DNA of 26,727 nt, from positions 25,622 through 52,348 of the forward strand of contig CAYVLA010000011.1 of NCBI GenBank assembly GCA_964452145.1. The letters run 5' to 3'. Under the pieces are notes generated by a model that was not told the DNA's origin, did no database searches, and saw only the letters and a list, made by a program, of their open reading frames with translations. Of the stretch, positions 1 to 10,000 are shown one piece after another. The translations under genes and the position numbers were made by a program. Origin of the DNA: Candidatus Hadarchaeota archaeon. GTDB lineage: Archaea > CAYQAE01 > CAYVLA01. Numbering within the stretch: the first letter of the stretch is position 1; each line of letters starts with the position of its first letter.

Positions 1-2
1 AC

Positions 3-2897
3 GTCTTCTTCCAAGCACGGGAGGCTTCCAACCCGTACTACAACGCCTGCCCCGAGATCGTCGGTAGGGTCATGGATCGGTACGCCCAGATCACTGGGCG
101 TAGATACAGTCTCTTCGACTACGAGGGGGCTCCCGATGCCGAGCGGGTCATAGTCATCATGGGCTCGGGGGCGGAGACAGTCCAAGAGACGGTGGAGCAT
201 CTCAACGGCAAGGGAGAGAAGGTCGGTCTGATCAAGATCCGACTCTACCGGCCCTTCTCGGTGGAACGCTTCCTTAGCGTGCTGCCCTCGACGGTCAGGA
301 TGATTGCGACGCTCGACAGGACCAAGGAACCGGGCAGCTCGGGTGAACCCCTGTACCTGGACATCGTGTCGGCGTTGGCCGAGGCGAGAAGGATAGGACT
401 CGCACCCAGTTCACCCAGGATCATCGGGGGCAGGTACGGACTCTCCTCCAAAGAGTTCACGCCAGCCATGGTCAAAGGGATCTTCGACGAGATGGCCAAG
501 GAAGATCCCAAGAACCATTTCACAGTCGGCATATGCGATGACCTGACCCACACAAGCTTGGACTATGACCCGCGATTCATGGTCGAGGGGCCTGGAAGGG
601 TTCGCGCCCTGTTCTATGGATTGGGATCCGACGGCACGGTCAGTGCGAATAAGAACTCCATCAAGATCATCGGAGAGGGCACGTCCAACCATGCCCAGGG
701 ATACTTCGTCTACGACTCTCGCAAGGCAGGCTCCTTGACGATCTCCCATCTGCGATTCGGCCCCAACCCGATACACTCCCCGTACCTAATCGAGAACGCC
801 AACTTCGTGGCCTGCCACCAGTTCTCGTTTCTAGACCGGTTCGATGTGCTTGCCAAAGCCGAGCCCGGAGCAACCTTTCTCTTGAACAGCCCGTACGGAC
901 CTGAGGAGGTATGGGATCACCTCCCCGTCACGGTCCAGCGCCAGATCACGGAAAGGAAGCTGAAGTTCTACGTCATCGATGGTTACAGGGTGGCAAAAGA
1001 GGCCGGGATGGGCGGGAGAATCAACACGGTCATGCAGACCTGCTTCTTCGCCTTAAGCAGGGTGTTGCCGAAGGAGGAAGCGATCCGCGCCATCAAGAAC
1101 GCCATCGAGGAAACCTACGGGAAACGCGGCAGGGCAATCGTGGAGATGAACTTCAGAGCCGTGGACAATGCCCTCAGCAATCTCCACCAGGTAAAGGTTC
1201 CTTCCCGAATCACCAGCACCTTCGACATACGCTCCCCAGTGCCATTGCAGGCGCCGGAGTTCGTGCAGAAGGTGACCGCAAAGATGCTGGCGGGTCGGGG
1301 TGATGACCTGCCAGTGAGCGCACTGCCGGCGGATGGGACGTTCCCCAGCGCCACGACCCGGTGGGAGAAGCGGAACATCGCCCTCGAGATACCGGTCTGG
1401 GACTCTAAGGTCTGCATCCAGTGCGGCAGGTGTGTCTCGGTCTGCCCACACGGTGTGATAAGGTCCAAGGTCTATGACCCGGGACTTCTGAAAGATGCAC
1501 CTAAAAGCTTCAAATCCACCGAGGCGAAGTGGCGCCAGTTCCCCAAGATGAGGTATACTGTTCAGGTCGCGCCTGAGGACTGCACCGGATGTACTCTTTG
1601 CACTAAGGTATGCCCTGGGCGGGATAAGAGCGAACCCAAGCACCGAGCAATCAACATGGCTCCCGAGGTACCACTGAAAGATCAGGAAGCCGAGAACTGG
1701 GATTTCTTTCTCAAACTCCCCGACCCAGACAGAAGGCTGCTGGCCCTAGACAGGATCAAGGATCTGCAGCTCGTTCCGCCGCTCTTTGAGTTCTCGGGCG
1801 CCTGCGCTGGGTGCGGGGAGACCCCCTACGTCAAACTGCTGACCCAGCTCTTCGGGGACAGAGCCCTGATCGCCAATGCCACTGGCTGCTCGTCAATCTA
1901 TGGCGGGAACCTGCCAACAACGCCCTTCGCAGTCGACCGGCGCGGACGGGGACCCGCATGGTCCAACTCCCTGTTTGAGGACAATGCAGAGTTCGGCCTG
2001 GGCATGCGAATCGCGCTTGACAAGCAGATCGAATACGCCAAGGAGCTGCTTCGACGTCTCGCGGAGAAGACCGACACCAAACTTGTGCAAGATCTTCTGA
2101 GCGCCGATCAGTCAACCGAGGCCGGCATCGAGAGCCAGCGCGACAGGGTTGCCAAGCTCAAGGAGATGCTTGGAGGCCTGCAGACAGACGAAGCCAGGCA
2201 GCTGCTTTCCATGGCCGATGTCTTGGTCAAGAAAAGCGTTTGGATAGTGGGAGGTGATGGCTGGGCATATGACATCGGATTCGGCGGCCTAGACCACGTT
2301 CTGAGCCTGGGACGCAACGTCAACATGCTGGTCCTGGACACAGAGGTCTACTCCAACACCGGAGGACAGGTTTCCAAGGCGACCCCGCGAGGCGCCGTGG
2401 CCAAGTTCGCGGCGGCGGGCAAGCCCACTGCCAAGAAGGACTTAGCCCTCATGGCCATGACCTACGGAACGGCATACGTGGCGAGGGTCGCGCTTGGTGC
2501 CAGTGATTCCCAAACGGTGAAGGCTTTCCGGGAGGCAGAGGCCTTTGAGGGGCCCTCCTTGATCATCGCCTACAGCCACTGCATCGGCCACGGGTACGAT
2601 CTGGCTCACGGCATGGACCAGCAACGCGCTGCAGTCATGTCGGGCCACTGGCCTTTGATGCGGTACAATCCCGACCTTGCCAAGGAGGGGAAGAACCCGC
2701 TCCAGCTGGACTCCAAGCCCCCAAGCCTGCCACTGAAGGACTACGCCTACAACGAGACCCGCTACAGCATGCTGGCAACCGCAAAGCCTGAACGGGCAGC
2801 CGAATTGCTCAAGCTTGCCGAGGATGATGTGGCGAGCCGGTGGAGGCTCTATGAATACTGGGCATCCATGCCCGCCCCGCACGGTGAGAAGAAATGA
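3..2897 (+). CDS. nifJ: Pyruvate:ferredoxin (flavodoxin) oxidoreductase, single-chain NifJ/Por type, 5'-truncated by the window edge
   Basis: The frame is open from position 3 (VFFQAREASNPYY) into ORF 72..2897. Motifs: GGRYGLSSKEF, GLGSDGTVSANKNS, two ferredoxin motifs (CIQCGRCVSVCP, CTGCTLCTKVCP), FSGACAGCGE, NATGCSSIYGG and the TPP-binding GGDGWAYDIG...DTEVYSNTGGQ. Confidence 0.97.
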   Translation, partial: VFFQAREASNPYYNACPEIVGRVMDRYAQITGRRYSLFDYEGAPDAERVIVIMGSGAETVQETVEHLNGKGEKVGLIKIRLYRPFSVERFLSVLPSTVRMIATLDRTKEPGSSGEPLYLDIVSALAEARRIGLAPSSPRIIGGRYGLSSKEFTPAMVKGIFDEMAKEDPKNHFTVGICDDLTHTSLDYDPRFMVEGPGRVRALFYGLGSDGTVSANKNSIKIIGEGTSNHAQGYFVYDSRKAGSLTISHLRFGPNPIHSPYLIENANFVACHQFSFLDRFDVLAKAEPGATFLLNSPYGPEEVWDHLPVTVQRQITERKLKFYVIDGYRVAKEAGMGGRINTVMQTCFFALSRVLPKEEAIRAIKNAIEETYGKRGRAIVEMNFRAVDNALSNLHQVKVPSRITSTFDIRSPVPLQAPEFVQKVTAKMLAGRGDDLPVSALPADGTFPSATTRWEKRNIALEIPVWDSKVCIQCGRCVSVCPHGVIRSKVYDPGLLKDAPKSFKSTEAKWRQFPKMRYTVQVAPEDCTGCTLCTKVCPGRDKSEPKHRAINMAPEVPLKDQEAENWDFFLKLPDPDRRLLALDRIKDLQLVPPLFEFSGACAGCGETPYVKLLTQLFGDRALIANATGCSSIYGGNLPTTPFAVDRRGRGPAWSNSLFEDNAEFGLGMRIALDKQIEYAKELLRRLAEKTDTKLVQDLLSADQSTEAGIESQRDRVAKLKEMLGGLQTDEARQLLSMADVLVKKSVWIVGGDGWAYDIGFGGLDHVLSLGRNVNMLVLDTEVYSNTGGQVSKATPRGAVAKFAAAGKPTAKKDLALMAMTYGTAYVARVALGASDSQTVKAFREAEAFEGPSLIIAYSHCIGHGYDLAHGMDQQRAAVMSGHWPLMRYNPDLAKEGKNPLQLDSKPPSLPLKDYAYNETRYSMLATAKPERAAELLKLAEDDVASRWRLYEYWASMPAPHGEKK

Positions 2898-3895
2898 CCG
2901 ATATCTCGACGACCTATCTAGGCCTGCGACTGAGGAGCCCCTTGGTTGCCTCTCCTTCGCCGCTCTGGGAGAGCATCGAAAACATCCGTAAAGCCGAGGA
3001 GGCCGGGGCCGGAGCGATCGTGCTGCACTCCCTCTTCGAGGAGCAGATAACAGCAGAGGCCAAGGAACTGGATAGGTACCTTGTGCAGGGAACCGAAAGT
3101 TTTCCGGAGTCCCTGTCCTACTTCCCCGATCTGGGGGACTACAGATTGGGCCCAGAGGAGTACCTAGAGCACATCGCAGCCGCCAAGGATGCTACAAGCG
3201 TGCCGATCATCGGCAGCTTGAACGGAATCTCGACGGGTGGCTGGGTAGAGTACGCAAAAGCTATGGAGAAAGCCGGCGCCGATGCCGTAGAGCTGAACAT
3301 CTACTACGTCCCCACCAGGACCGATATGACCTCCCAGAAGGTTGAGGCGATGTACAGGGACCTGGCCTTAGATGTAAGGAAGAGAATCGATGTGCCGGTC
3401 GCTGCCAAGATCGGTCCCTACTTTAGCTCCCTGCCCAACCTGGCCAAGAGCCTCGAGGGCGTCGGCATTGAAGGCCTCGTCCTATTCAACCGCTTCTACC
3501 AGCCCGATCTGGACCCGGACAACATGGCCGTGGTGCCGCATCTGGTTCTGAGCACATCCGAGGAGCTCCGCCTCAGGCTGCGATGGGTCGCCATTCTATA
3601 CGGACGCATCAAGCCAGACATGGCGGTGACGGGAGGAGTACATAGCGCGGTAGATGCGGTGAAGTCGATCATGGCGGGGGCCAGTGTCGCGATGATGACT
3701 TCGGCGCTTCTGAAGAACGGGATCGGGCATCTGCGCAAGGTCAATGACGGGATCGTGGCGTGGATGAAGAGACACGAGTACCGATCGTTGCAGGAGCTTC
3801 GCGGCAGCTTGAGTCAGAAATCCGTCCCCGATCCCGCGGCCTTTGAGCGCGCGAACTACATGAAGACCTTAGTTGCCGGCGAAATCCGTGCATGA
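2894..3895 (+). CDS. Dihydroorotate dehydrogenase-like FMN protein (nifJ-associated family)
   Basis: Motifs TTYLGLRLRSPLVASPSP, SLFEEQI, VLFNRFYQPD, TGGVHS and AFERANY. ATGA overlap with the nifJ stop. Lacks the DHOD catalytic NxSCPN loop (reads ELNIYYVP). Confidence 0.88.
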   Translation: MTDISTTYLGLRLRSPLVASPSPLWESIENIRKAEEAGAGAIVLHSLFEEQITAEAKELDRYLVQGTESFPESLSYFPDLGDYRLGPEEYLEHIAAAKDATSVPIIGSLNGISTGGWVEYAKAMEKAGADAVELNIYYVPTRTDMTSQKVEAMYRDLALDVRKRIDVPVAAKIGPYFSSLPNLAKSLEGVGIEGLVLFNRFYQPDLDPDNMAVVPHLVLSTSEELRLRLRWVAILYGRIKPDMAVTGGVHSAVDAVKSIMAGASVAMMTSALLKNGIGHLRKVNDGIVAWMKRHEYRSLQELRGSLSQKSVPDPAAFERANYMKTLVAGEIRA

Positions 3896-4336
3896 TCGCC
3901 CTGCCTTACGGCACCGGGTCCAGCAGCGAGGAGTTCCTATCGATCCGGCCCCGGGCCTCGTCATCGAAGAGGGCGCATGTACGGCAAGATGTGCCGGGTC
4001 TAGGAACATTTCCAGAACTATCGACATCCTAACTGGGGCGATATGTAGGCCGAGACATGGAAAGCCCACCGGGCAGACGCCGCTCCCGATGATCCGTTTA
4101 AAGTCGGGCCAGGAGGCAAACGTCTCGAGCAGGAGAACGATCAGGCCCGGCCGACCACAACGGCGCTCCCTATGGTCGCAGCGTAAAGGCGAACTGACTA
4201 TTGAGCCACGACGTAGCTGCATGAAAGCCCTGCATTCCCGCAAGATAGGTGGCAGGGGGCAACGGAGGGCGCGGTCGACACAGATCGCGATCAGGTCCGC
4301 AGTGTGCATCCAATGACCCGTGGCCGGATAATCGGG

Positions 4337-6313
4337 TTAGCCCCGCCCCGTAGGCCCCTGCTTCTCGTCCAACATCCTGATCAGGGCATCCAGATTGATG
4401 CGCGGGCGTTCCCAGAAACCAGTGGCGTGGAGAAGATCCGAGAAAAACATTCGCTCATGTTCTTTGCGGAACTTCACGAGTCTGCGCAGCGCCTCCTTGC
4501 CCTCCTCGACCCGGTCACGCGCAACTTCTCTCCCGCCGTCATACACCGCCGCCAGATTCCTAGCCAACTTGGCGTGCTCAAGGCCGATTTGAATGAACCG
4601 TACGCGTTCGGCGAATCTGGGATTCGGATGATTGCGTGCTTCCGCAAAAGCCTGTTCGAGAAGCTCATCCGCCGGTCCGAAGCACTCCTCGGGAAACGCC
4701 ACATGGGCACGATGTACATAGCTGCTGTAGCGCCACCCCACGTTCCAGTACAGTTCGATGAACCGCATCATGTTATCAAAGGCGTATCTCTCCCAGTACT
4801 CGAAGTAACGATCCATGGTAGCGGCGGCGGGCCCGAACGCCGATAGGTACTCGTCACGGATGGTCTGGATCTCCAGTCCCGGTTTGCTCATGAGGCGCAG
4901 ATGTGTGTAGAGTCGCAGGCCCTGCGTCGCCCACTGCCCAGTTAGCGAGTCGAACGAGGCACCTTCCATGCCGTGTTCGCAGGCAAACTTGAAGAATTCG
5001 CCGGATTGCCTGGTCTCGAAGTGGGGCATCACGTAGCCGTCGTGCAGGTAGTTGGGCCGGTAACCCATCCTAATGCCTGTATCCCTCCAGCCCAGCCACT
5101 GTTTCTTGATCCAATCGAAGGCCTCGTCGGGCATCGGGAAGTACCGTAGGTGGGGGTCCTGCCACTGAACAAACTCCGCGTAGATATTGCTATTCAGCTT
5201 GATGCCCGTAACCGGCGCTGGGAACTCATTCTCGTAGATGAATGACCCCGACACGACGGCCTGCGGATTGCGTTTCGCGGCCTTCTGCTGAATGGTTTTC
5301 CAGAAGCGGGCGTAGCGATCCGAGGTTGCCCCGGCGAAGAGTTCCTGTGCCCTCGGGTCCGTCCTGTACACCCGCATAGCGAACCAAGGAGGCGTTTCGG
5401 GCTGTGGACCATCCCAGGCCCGGCAGTTCGCACAGGTACACCGTCCCGGCCGGTCGACCGGCCCCAAGCGCAGAACGCTTTCCCCGTCCCACTGCTTGAC
5501 GATGAAATCCTGCAACTCCTCGTTGGTAACGCACATGGGAACGTGAAGGTAGTTCTTGTCCGGGTGGCCCCGTGTCCCATCGCGCCGCAGGGCAAACCAC
5601 TCCGGATGCTCCTGGCCGTAGCGTTGCCACCAGCCGCTGAAGACATGTCCCGTGGGGGGCTTGATGTCCCTTCCGCCCACCCTGTGTCGGCGCAACAGCA
5701 CCTGCAAGGCCTCTGCGTAGCGCCGAGCCCCTTCCTGGCTGAACCCCAGCCGGGCGTCCTCTTCGCTGAGCTTTCCGCCCTGAAGGATGGCGTGAATGCC
5801 CGACCAATGCAGGAGACGGAACTTGAGCGCGGGTTCGCGGGTTTCATTTACAGGCGAAAACTCCACGGCGTCGGTTTTCGGAACATATGTGCCTAACTCG
5901 CCCGGCCATAGCCAGCGCACGCCCAGGGATCGCTCTAGGAACTCATAGACACCAAAGAGAGTGCCGACGTTAGGATTATCCTGCCGAAGGGGATCCTCGT
6001 CGCCATCCCGGCCAACGATGAAGAGGTCGCCTCCCACGGAACGCATAACATAGGCCTCCCGCGGCAGGCTCTCCGGAACGATTCCGACGCGTCGCGCGGC
6101 CTCCGTTTCGCCGACATAGATCCGGGTGCACAGCTTGTCGGGTACCGTGGATTCCGGCAACACGTCCAACGCTACCCCGGTCGCTTCCTTGATATGCCAT
6201 GCCAGTTCGTCGACGGCGTAGCGCGCCGTTTCGAAAGGCTCATCGGCCGTCACCACCACTGCACGGGCTTCGCCGTCCCGCACAACGCTGAATCCGTCGG
6301 TTCCAGTTGCCAA
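4337..6313 (-). CDS. DUF4838-like protein (N-terminal GH20/GH67-like alpha/beta domain plus probable barrel domain); possible carbohydrate-active enzyme
   Basis: 658-aa ORF with GTLFGVYEFLE.LGVRWLWPG, EPALKFR, HPEWFAL..G.R, MCVTN, CTCANC and SDRY..F, a pattern I associate with DUF4838 proteins. TTG start preceded by AGGTGG. Confidence 0.72.
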   Translation of the reverse strand: MATGTDGFSVVRDGEARAVVVTADEPFETARYAVDELAWHIKEATGVALDVLPESTVPDKLCTRIYVGETEAARRVGIVPESLPREAYVMRSVGGDLFIVGRDGDEDPLRQDNPNVGTLFGVYEFLERSLGVRWLWPGELGTYVPKTDAVEFSPVNETREPALKFRLLHWSGIHAILQGGKLSEEDARLGFSQEGARRYAEALQVLLRRHRVGGRDIKPPTGHVFSGWWQRYGQEHPEWFALRRDGTRGHPDKNYLHVPMCVTNEELQDFIVKQWDGESVLRLGPVDRPGRCTCANCRAWDGPQPETPPWFAMRVYRTDPRAQELFAGATSDRYARFWKTIQQKAAKRNPQAVVSGSFIYENEFPAPVTGIKLNSNIYAEFVQWQDPHLRYFPMPDEAFDWIKKQWLGWRDTGIRMGYRPNYLHDGYVMPHFETRQSGEFFKFACEHGMEGASFDSLTGQWATQGLRLYTHLRLMSKPGLEIQTIRDEYLSAFGPAAATMDRYFEYWERYAFDNMMRFIELYWNVGWRYSSYVHRAHVAFPEECFGPADELLEQAFAEARNHPNPRFAERVRFIQIGLEHAKLARNLAAVYDGGREVARDRVEEGKEALRRLVKFRKEHERMFFSDLLHATGFWERPRINLDALIRMLDEKQGPTGRG

Positions 6314-6683
6314 CCAACCACCTAACGCGGAAGGTGGCTGTACACCGTCCTAAATCTGTTTAGCCACAGGGCATAGCCCAAAGCCAAGTGGTGAGACTCC
6401 GCCCTGAGCCTCCAGCTACTCGCGGGCAGCGGTCGCATCTCGCGCCCCTCGATGGCCCCCGACTCGCTGTCTGTGGGGACCTCGATTACCCCGGATGGCG
6501 TACAATGAACCAAGGACGAAGACAGGCGAGTGGGTCGGAGCAGGGAAGGTTCCCGGCGTTCCGTATATCTCCTGAGCACCCTGCCCGGAAGATGATGCGC
6601 GCCGGCTGTCAGTGACAGTGACACGGGTTGTCAAACACGCACGGAACAAATCTGCTTGAATAGTGATCGTCGCGATGATTTAA

Positions 6684-7112
6684 GTGTACCTAACATCTTC
6701 CAGTTGCATCGACTGCGGGAAATGCCTGCGGAAATGTCCGAGCGGAGCCATCAGGAAAGGCCGTGAAGGATATTACATCACCTGCATAAATTGCGGGCTC
6801 TGCGCCTCCATGTGCCCCTCCAAGGCGATCCGCAGAAACCGATATGGCGGGTACTACGTCGATAAGTCGAAGTGCACTGGATGTGGTCTCTGCGCGGCGG
6901 TCTGCCCCGTCGCCAGCATCGTGATGGAGGGAGGCTTCCCCAGGGGCATATGCCTCATGTGTGGGATTTGCGCCGAGACATGTCCCAAGCGGGCGAGAGT
7001 GCACGTGCAGACGAAACCCGGGCTCGATACCATACTGGCCGTAGATGAACCTGACCCGTACCGTAAACGACCTAAGCCTCCTCCGGACTACCTGACGAGG
7101 AGAGCTACATAG
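6684..7112 (+). CDS. Polyferredoxin with four [4Fe-4S] motifs
   Basis: Four CxxCxxCxxxCP motifs: [36 protein letters not shown] and [12 protein letters not shown]. Confidence 0.9.
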   Translation: MYLTSSSCIDCGKCLRKCPSGAIRKGREGYYITCINCGLCASMCPSKAIRRNRYGGYYVDKSKCTGCGLCAAVCPVASIVMEGGFPRGICLMCGICAETCPKRARVHVQTKPGLDTILAVDEPDPYRKRPKPPPDYLTRRAT

Positions 7113-7974
7113 ATCGATAGGAATCCATGAGCCTTGACAGGCGAGAAATGTCAAGATCCCTCTTGTGGAGGGGATCCTTGTCGCCCTGGTACGCCACCAG
7201 ATTCTCCTCGAAGGTTGGCTTCGAGTTGACGTAGATGATGCCCAGGGGCAGCTTCCCTCGCTCGATCGCCTTGCCAAAGGCCAGAACCCTGTTCCGGGGA
7301 TCATGGTCTTCTCCGAGGTAGTAGGTGTTAGCCTTGAACCATTCGTAGGTGTTGATCTTGTTGAAGGTCACGCAGGGTTGAAACACATCCACTATGGAGA
7401 AACCCTTGTGGCTGATGGCCTTCTTCAGGATCTCTTTGGTTCGCTCGGCATCCCCGATGTATGCTCTCGCAACGAAGGAGGCATCCATGGATACCGCGAG
7501 TGCTATCGGGTTGAAGGGTTCCTCGAAGACGCCTTTAAGCTGAACGGGGGTCCTGAACCCCAGCTGGCTGGTCGGCGAAGCCTGGCCCTTTGTGAGGCCG
7601 TAAACCATGTTGTTGTGAACTATGACGGTGATGTCCGGGTTCCGGCGGATGGCATGGACAAGATGGTTGCCTCCCTCCCCGTACATACAACCATCGCCGC
7701 TTTCGGCCAGAACGATCAGACTGGGGTTTGCCGCCTTCACCGCAGTGGCAACCGGGATCGCTCTTCCGTGGAGGCCGTTGAAATAGTTGGTGCGGAAGTA
7801 CTGCGGCGTCTTAGCTGCCTGTCCTATGCCCGACACAACGACGAGCCTGCCGGGATCTATCTCCAACTCAGCCAAGGCCTGCTTGAGGACCTTGAGTATG
7901 CCGTAGTTGCCGCATCCCGGGCACCAAGCAATGTCCTTGACTTCGAGATCAAAGAGGTGTGGGTTCATCTTCAC
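7105..7974 (-). CDS. korB: 2-oxoacid:ferredoxin oxidoreductase beta subunit (TPP-binding)
   Basis: Motifs [48 protein letters not shown] and QPCVTFN. Start overlaps the alpha-subunit stop (GTGA). Substrate specificity cannot be read from the sequence. Confidence 0.92.
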   Translation of the reverse strand: MKMNPHLFDLEVKDIAWCPGCGNYGILKVLKQALAELEIDPGRLVVVSGIGQAAKTPQYFRTNYFNGLHGRAIPVATAVKAANPSLIVLAESGDGCMYGEGGNHLVHAIRRNPDITVIVHNNMVYGLTKGQASPTSQLGFRTPVQLKGVFEEPFNPIALAVSMDASFVARAYIGDAERTKEILKKAISHKGFSIVDVFQPCVTFNKINTYEWFKANTYYLGEDHDPRNRVLAFGKAIERGKLPLGIIYVNSKPTFEENLVAYQGDKDPLHKRDLDISRLSRLMDSYRSM

Positions 7975-9713
7975 GCCTCCTGGATCAGGGCCCTGCCCAG
8001 CCTATCCCGCAGCTCTTCCACCGAGAATGGAAGGCCATCGTACTTCAGAATCGTCCGGTCGGCTCTGTGACCTGTTTCGAGCGCTAGCACGTGTCCGAAC
8101 TGGGAAGTGGCGTTACCCTCCACCAGTATCGTGCGGTCGCACTTCTCCAGATACTCCGATGATCGGGGATGAAGAGGATACACCTGGGAGAAGTGCAGCA
8201 ACGCAACTCCGCTTCGCTTCAGGTTGCCAACCGCCTCCCTCAGTGCTCCGTACGTTGAGCCCCAGCCGATGACCAAGCTTTCGTACCCTTCATCACCCCA
8301 AAGGGTTGGCGGCACGGAGTCCTTCACAAGGTACCGGAGCTTCTTCAACCTCTTCTCCACCATCCGTCTGCGCACATCATCATCCTCGGTAATCCTTCCG
8401 AACTCGTCATGTTCATCGCTGTCAAGACAGACCAGACCGTCACCATGCCCCGGGATGCCTCTGGGAGATATGCCGTCCTCTGTGAGTCTGTACCTTATGT
8501 ACTCGGAATCGGTGCGTACGACGTTCTTCTCGACCGCCAAGCCTGTCACATCGATGAAGGGCATGTTGTAGTATGAGTCCATCAGATACTGGTCGGTCAA
8601 CAGGATCGCCGGGACCTGATACTTGTCCGCTAGGTTGAAAGCCTTCTGGGTGAGGAGGAAGGTTTCCTGAAGAGTCCCAGGGGCGAAGATGATCCGGGGA
8701 AACTCGCCGTGACCTGCGTAGAGGGCGAAAAGAAGATCGGCCTGCTCGGTTCTCGTGGGAAGCCCGGTCGCTGGGGCCGGTCTCTGGCCGATGTTGATCA
8801 CCATCGGGGACTCGATCATGCCAGCGAGGCTCAAGCCCTCCACCATGAGGGCAAAGCCACCCCCTGCCGTCGAAGCCATGGCCCTTCCGCCCGCGTACCA
8901 TGCACCCAGACCCATGTTCATCGCAGCGATCTCATCCTCGGCCTGCTCGACCACGATGCCGAACTCCTCCGAATGGCGAGCAAGCAAGGTTGACACAGCC
9001 GTGGATGGAGTCATCGGATAGAACGCGATGAAGTTGCATCCGCCAGCCAGAGCCCCCATCGCCATTGCCTCCGCCCCGTTCATCAGTATGTGGTCCTTGA
9101 CCTCAGGATGCCTCTTCACGCCGATCCTGACCCTACCCTCTCGCACCAAGTCCGCGCCGATCCTGTGGCCCCTGTGGGCGGCATCGATGTTGGACCTGAC
9201 GATCTGCTCGCCCTTGCCCCCGAATCTATCTCTCAGATAGAGCTCCAGAGTCTCCACTTCCACCTCGAACATGCCTGCGATCATTGCCCCGGCAATGGTG
9301 TTTGCGTATATCCTGCCGCCGACCTCCGAGGCGATCTGGGTCAGCGGTACATAGACCACATTCTGCCCGGAATACTCGTCCTTGATGAGAGCTTCCTCGC
9401 CCATAACCAGCGTGGCCCGGGATATCCTCTTTTCCACATGCTTCACAGCTCCTTTGCTGAGGGGGATTAGGATGTCCATTCTATCCTCGTACGCGTACAC
9501 CGGACTGCTGCTCACTCGGATGGAGGTGGAGTTGGCCCCTCCACGGATTCGGGACATGAACTCTTTGGCTGCGTAGAGATTGTACCCCGATGTCTTCAGG
9601 ACTCTGGTCAGCATGTGCTCCACGGTCTGGGTGCCCAGTCCGGCCTCGCCGCAGAGCACGATCGATACGTCGTTCAGAAAGCTTCTTGATGTGTTAGCCT
9701 TCACCTCACCCAA
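7971..9713 (-). CDS. korA: 2-oxoacid:acceptor oxidoreductase alpha subunit (gamma-alpha fusion)
   Basis: N-terminal gamma domain (GEAGLG, SRIRGG), then [41 protein letters not shown] and DSDEHDE. The start may be the GTG at 9704. Confidence 0.92.
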   Translation of the reverse strand: MGEVKANTSRSFLNDVSIVLCGEAGLGTQTVEHMLTRVLKTSGYNLYAAKEFMSRIRGGANSTSIRVSSSPVYAYEDRMDILIPLSKGAVKHVEKRISRATLVMGEEALIKDEYSGQNVVYVPLTQIASEVGGRIYANTIAGAMIAGMFEVEVETLELYLRDRFGGKGEQIVRSNIDAAHRGHRIGADLVREGRVRIGVKRHPEVKDHILMNGAEAMAMGALAGGCNFIAFYPMTPSTAVSTLLARHSEEFGIVVEQAEDEIAAMNMGLGAWYAGGRAMASTAGGGFALMVEGLSLAGMIESPMVINIGQRPAPATGLPTRTEQADLLFALYAGHGEFPRIIFAPGTLQETFLLTQKAFNLADKYQVPAILLTDQYLMDSYYNMPFIDVTGLAVEKNVVRTDSEYIRYRLTEDGISPRGIPGHGDGLVCLDSDEHDEFGRITEDDDVRRRMVEKRLKKLRYLVKDSVPPTLWGDEGYESLVIGWGSTYGALREAVGNLKRSGVALLHFSQVYPLHPRSSEYLEKCDRTILVEGNATSQFGHVLALETGHRADRTILKYDGLPFSVEELRDRLGRALIQEA

Positions 9714-9756
9714 CTCCTTGCAGGCTCCATGTGGGGCCGAGGTCTGCCTCTCATTC

Positions 9757-9764
9757 TTATTAAT
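9757..9764 (-). promoter_or_regulatory. Candidate TATA box for the korAB operon (ATTAATAA)
   Basis: AT-rich octamer in a GC-rich intergenic region about 45-50 nt upstream of korA. Identical to the octamer upstream of thi4. Confidence 0.45.
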
Positions 9765-9936
9765 GTGTGAGATACGGCACCGGTTTGGCGAAGGATGTCA
9801 GTAATCCCCGGACAACAGGGCGACGGCGATGGGGCTGTCTTCAGGACTTCTCAATCTCACAAGGCAAGGGGTACCAGCCCTGGCCCAACGGAGGTCCGAA
9901 CCATTCAGTTGGCACGATCTCCGGGTCCTGAGAAGA

Positions 9937-9952
9937 CATATTAACAGAGTTA
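9937..9952 (+). promoter_or_regulatory. nadA promoter: TATA-like CATATTAA overlapped by palindromic operator TAACAGAGTTA (9942-9952)
   Basis: Exact TAAC-N3-GTTA palindrome. SD-like GGTGATAGGAG lies directly before ATG 10001. Confidence 0.65.
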
Positions 9953-10000
9953 CTAGAGAATTGGAACGTTTCCCATTCCCCCGCGAAAGGGTGATAGGAG

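Noticed and set aside
3896..4336. ORFs 3869-4309 (-) and 3873-4316 (+), or an ncRNA, in the 440-nt gap
   Set aside because: The translations are Arg/Pro-rich with no recognisable motif, and I see no tRNA or other known RNA structure. The gap remains unexplained.
6314..6683. Small ORFs or a structured RNA in the divergent intergenic region
   Set aside because: No motif or convincing stem pattern. GTTGTCAAAC near 6627 does not match the operator.
7165..8070. Long antisense ORFs (e.g. 7165-8070, 15750-16448, 24391-25227)
   Set aside because: These are shadow frames of well-supported genes, as expected in GC-rich DNA.
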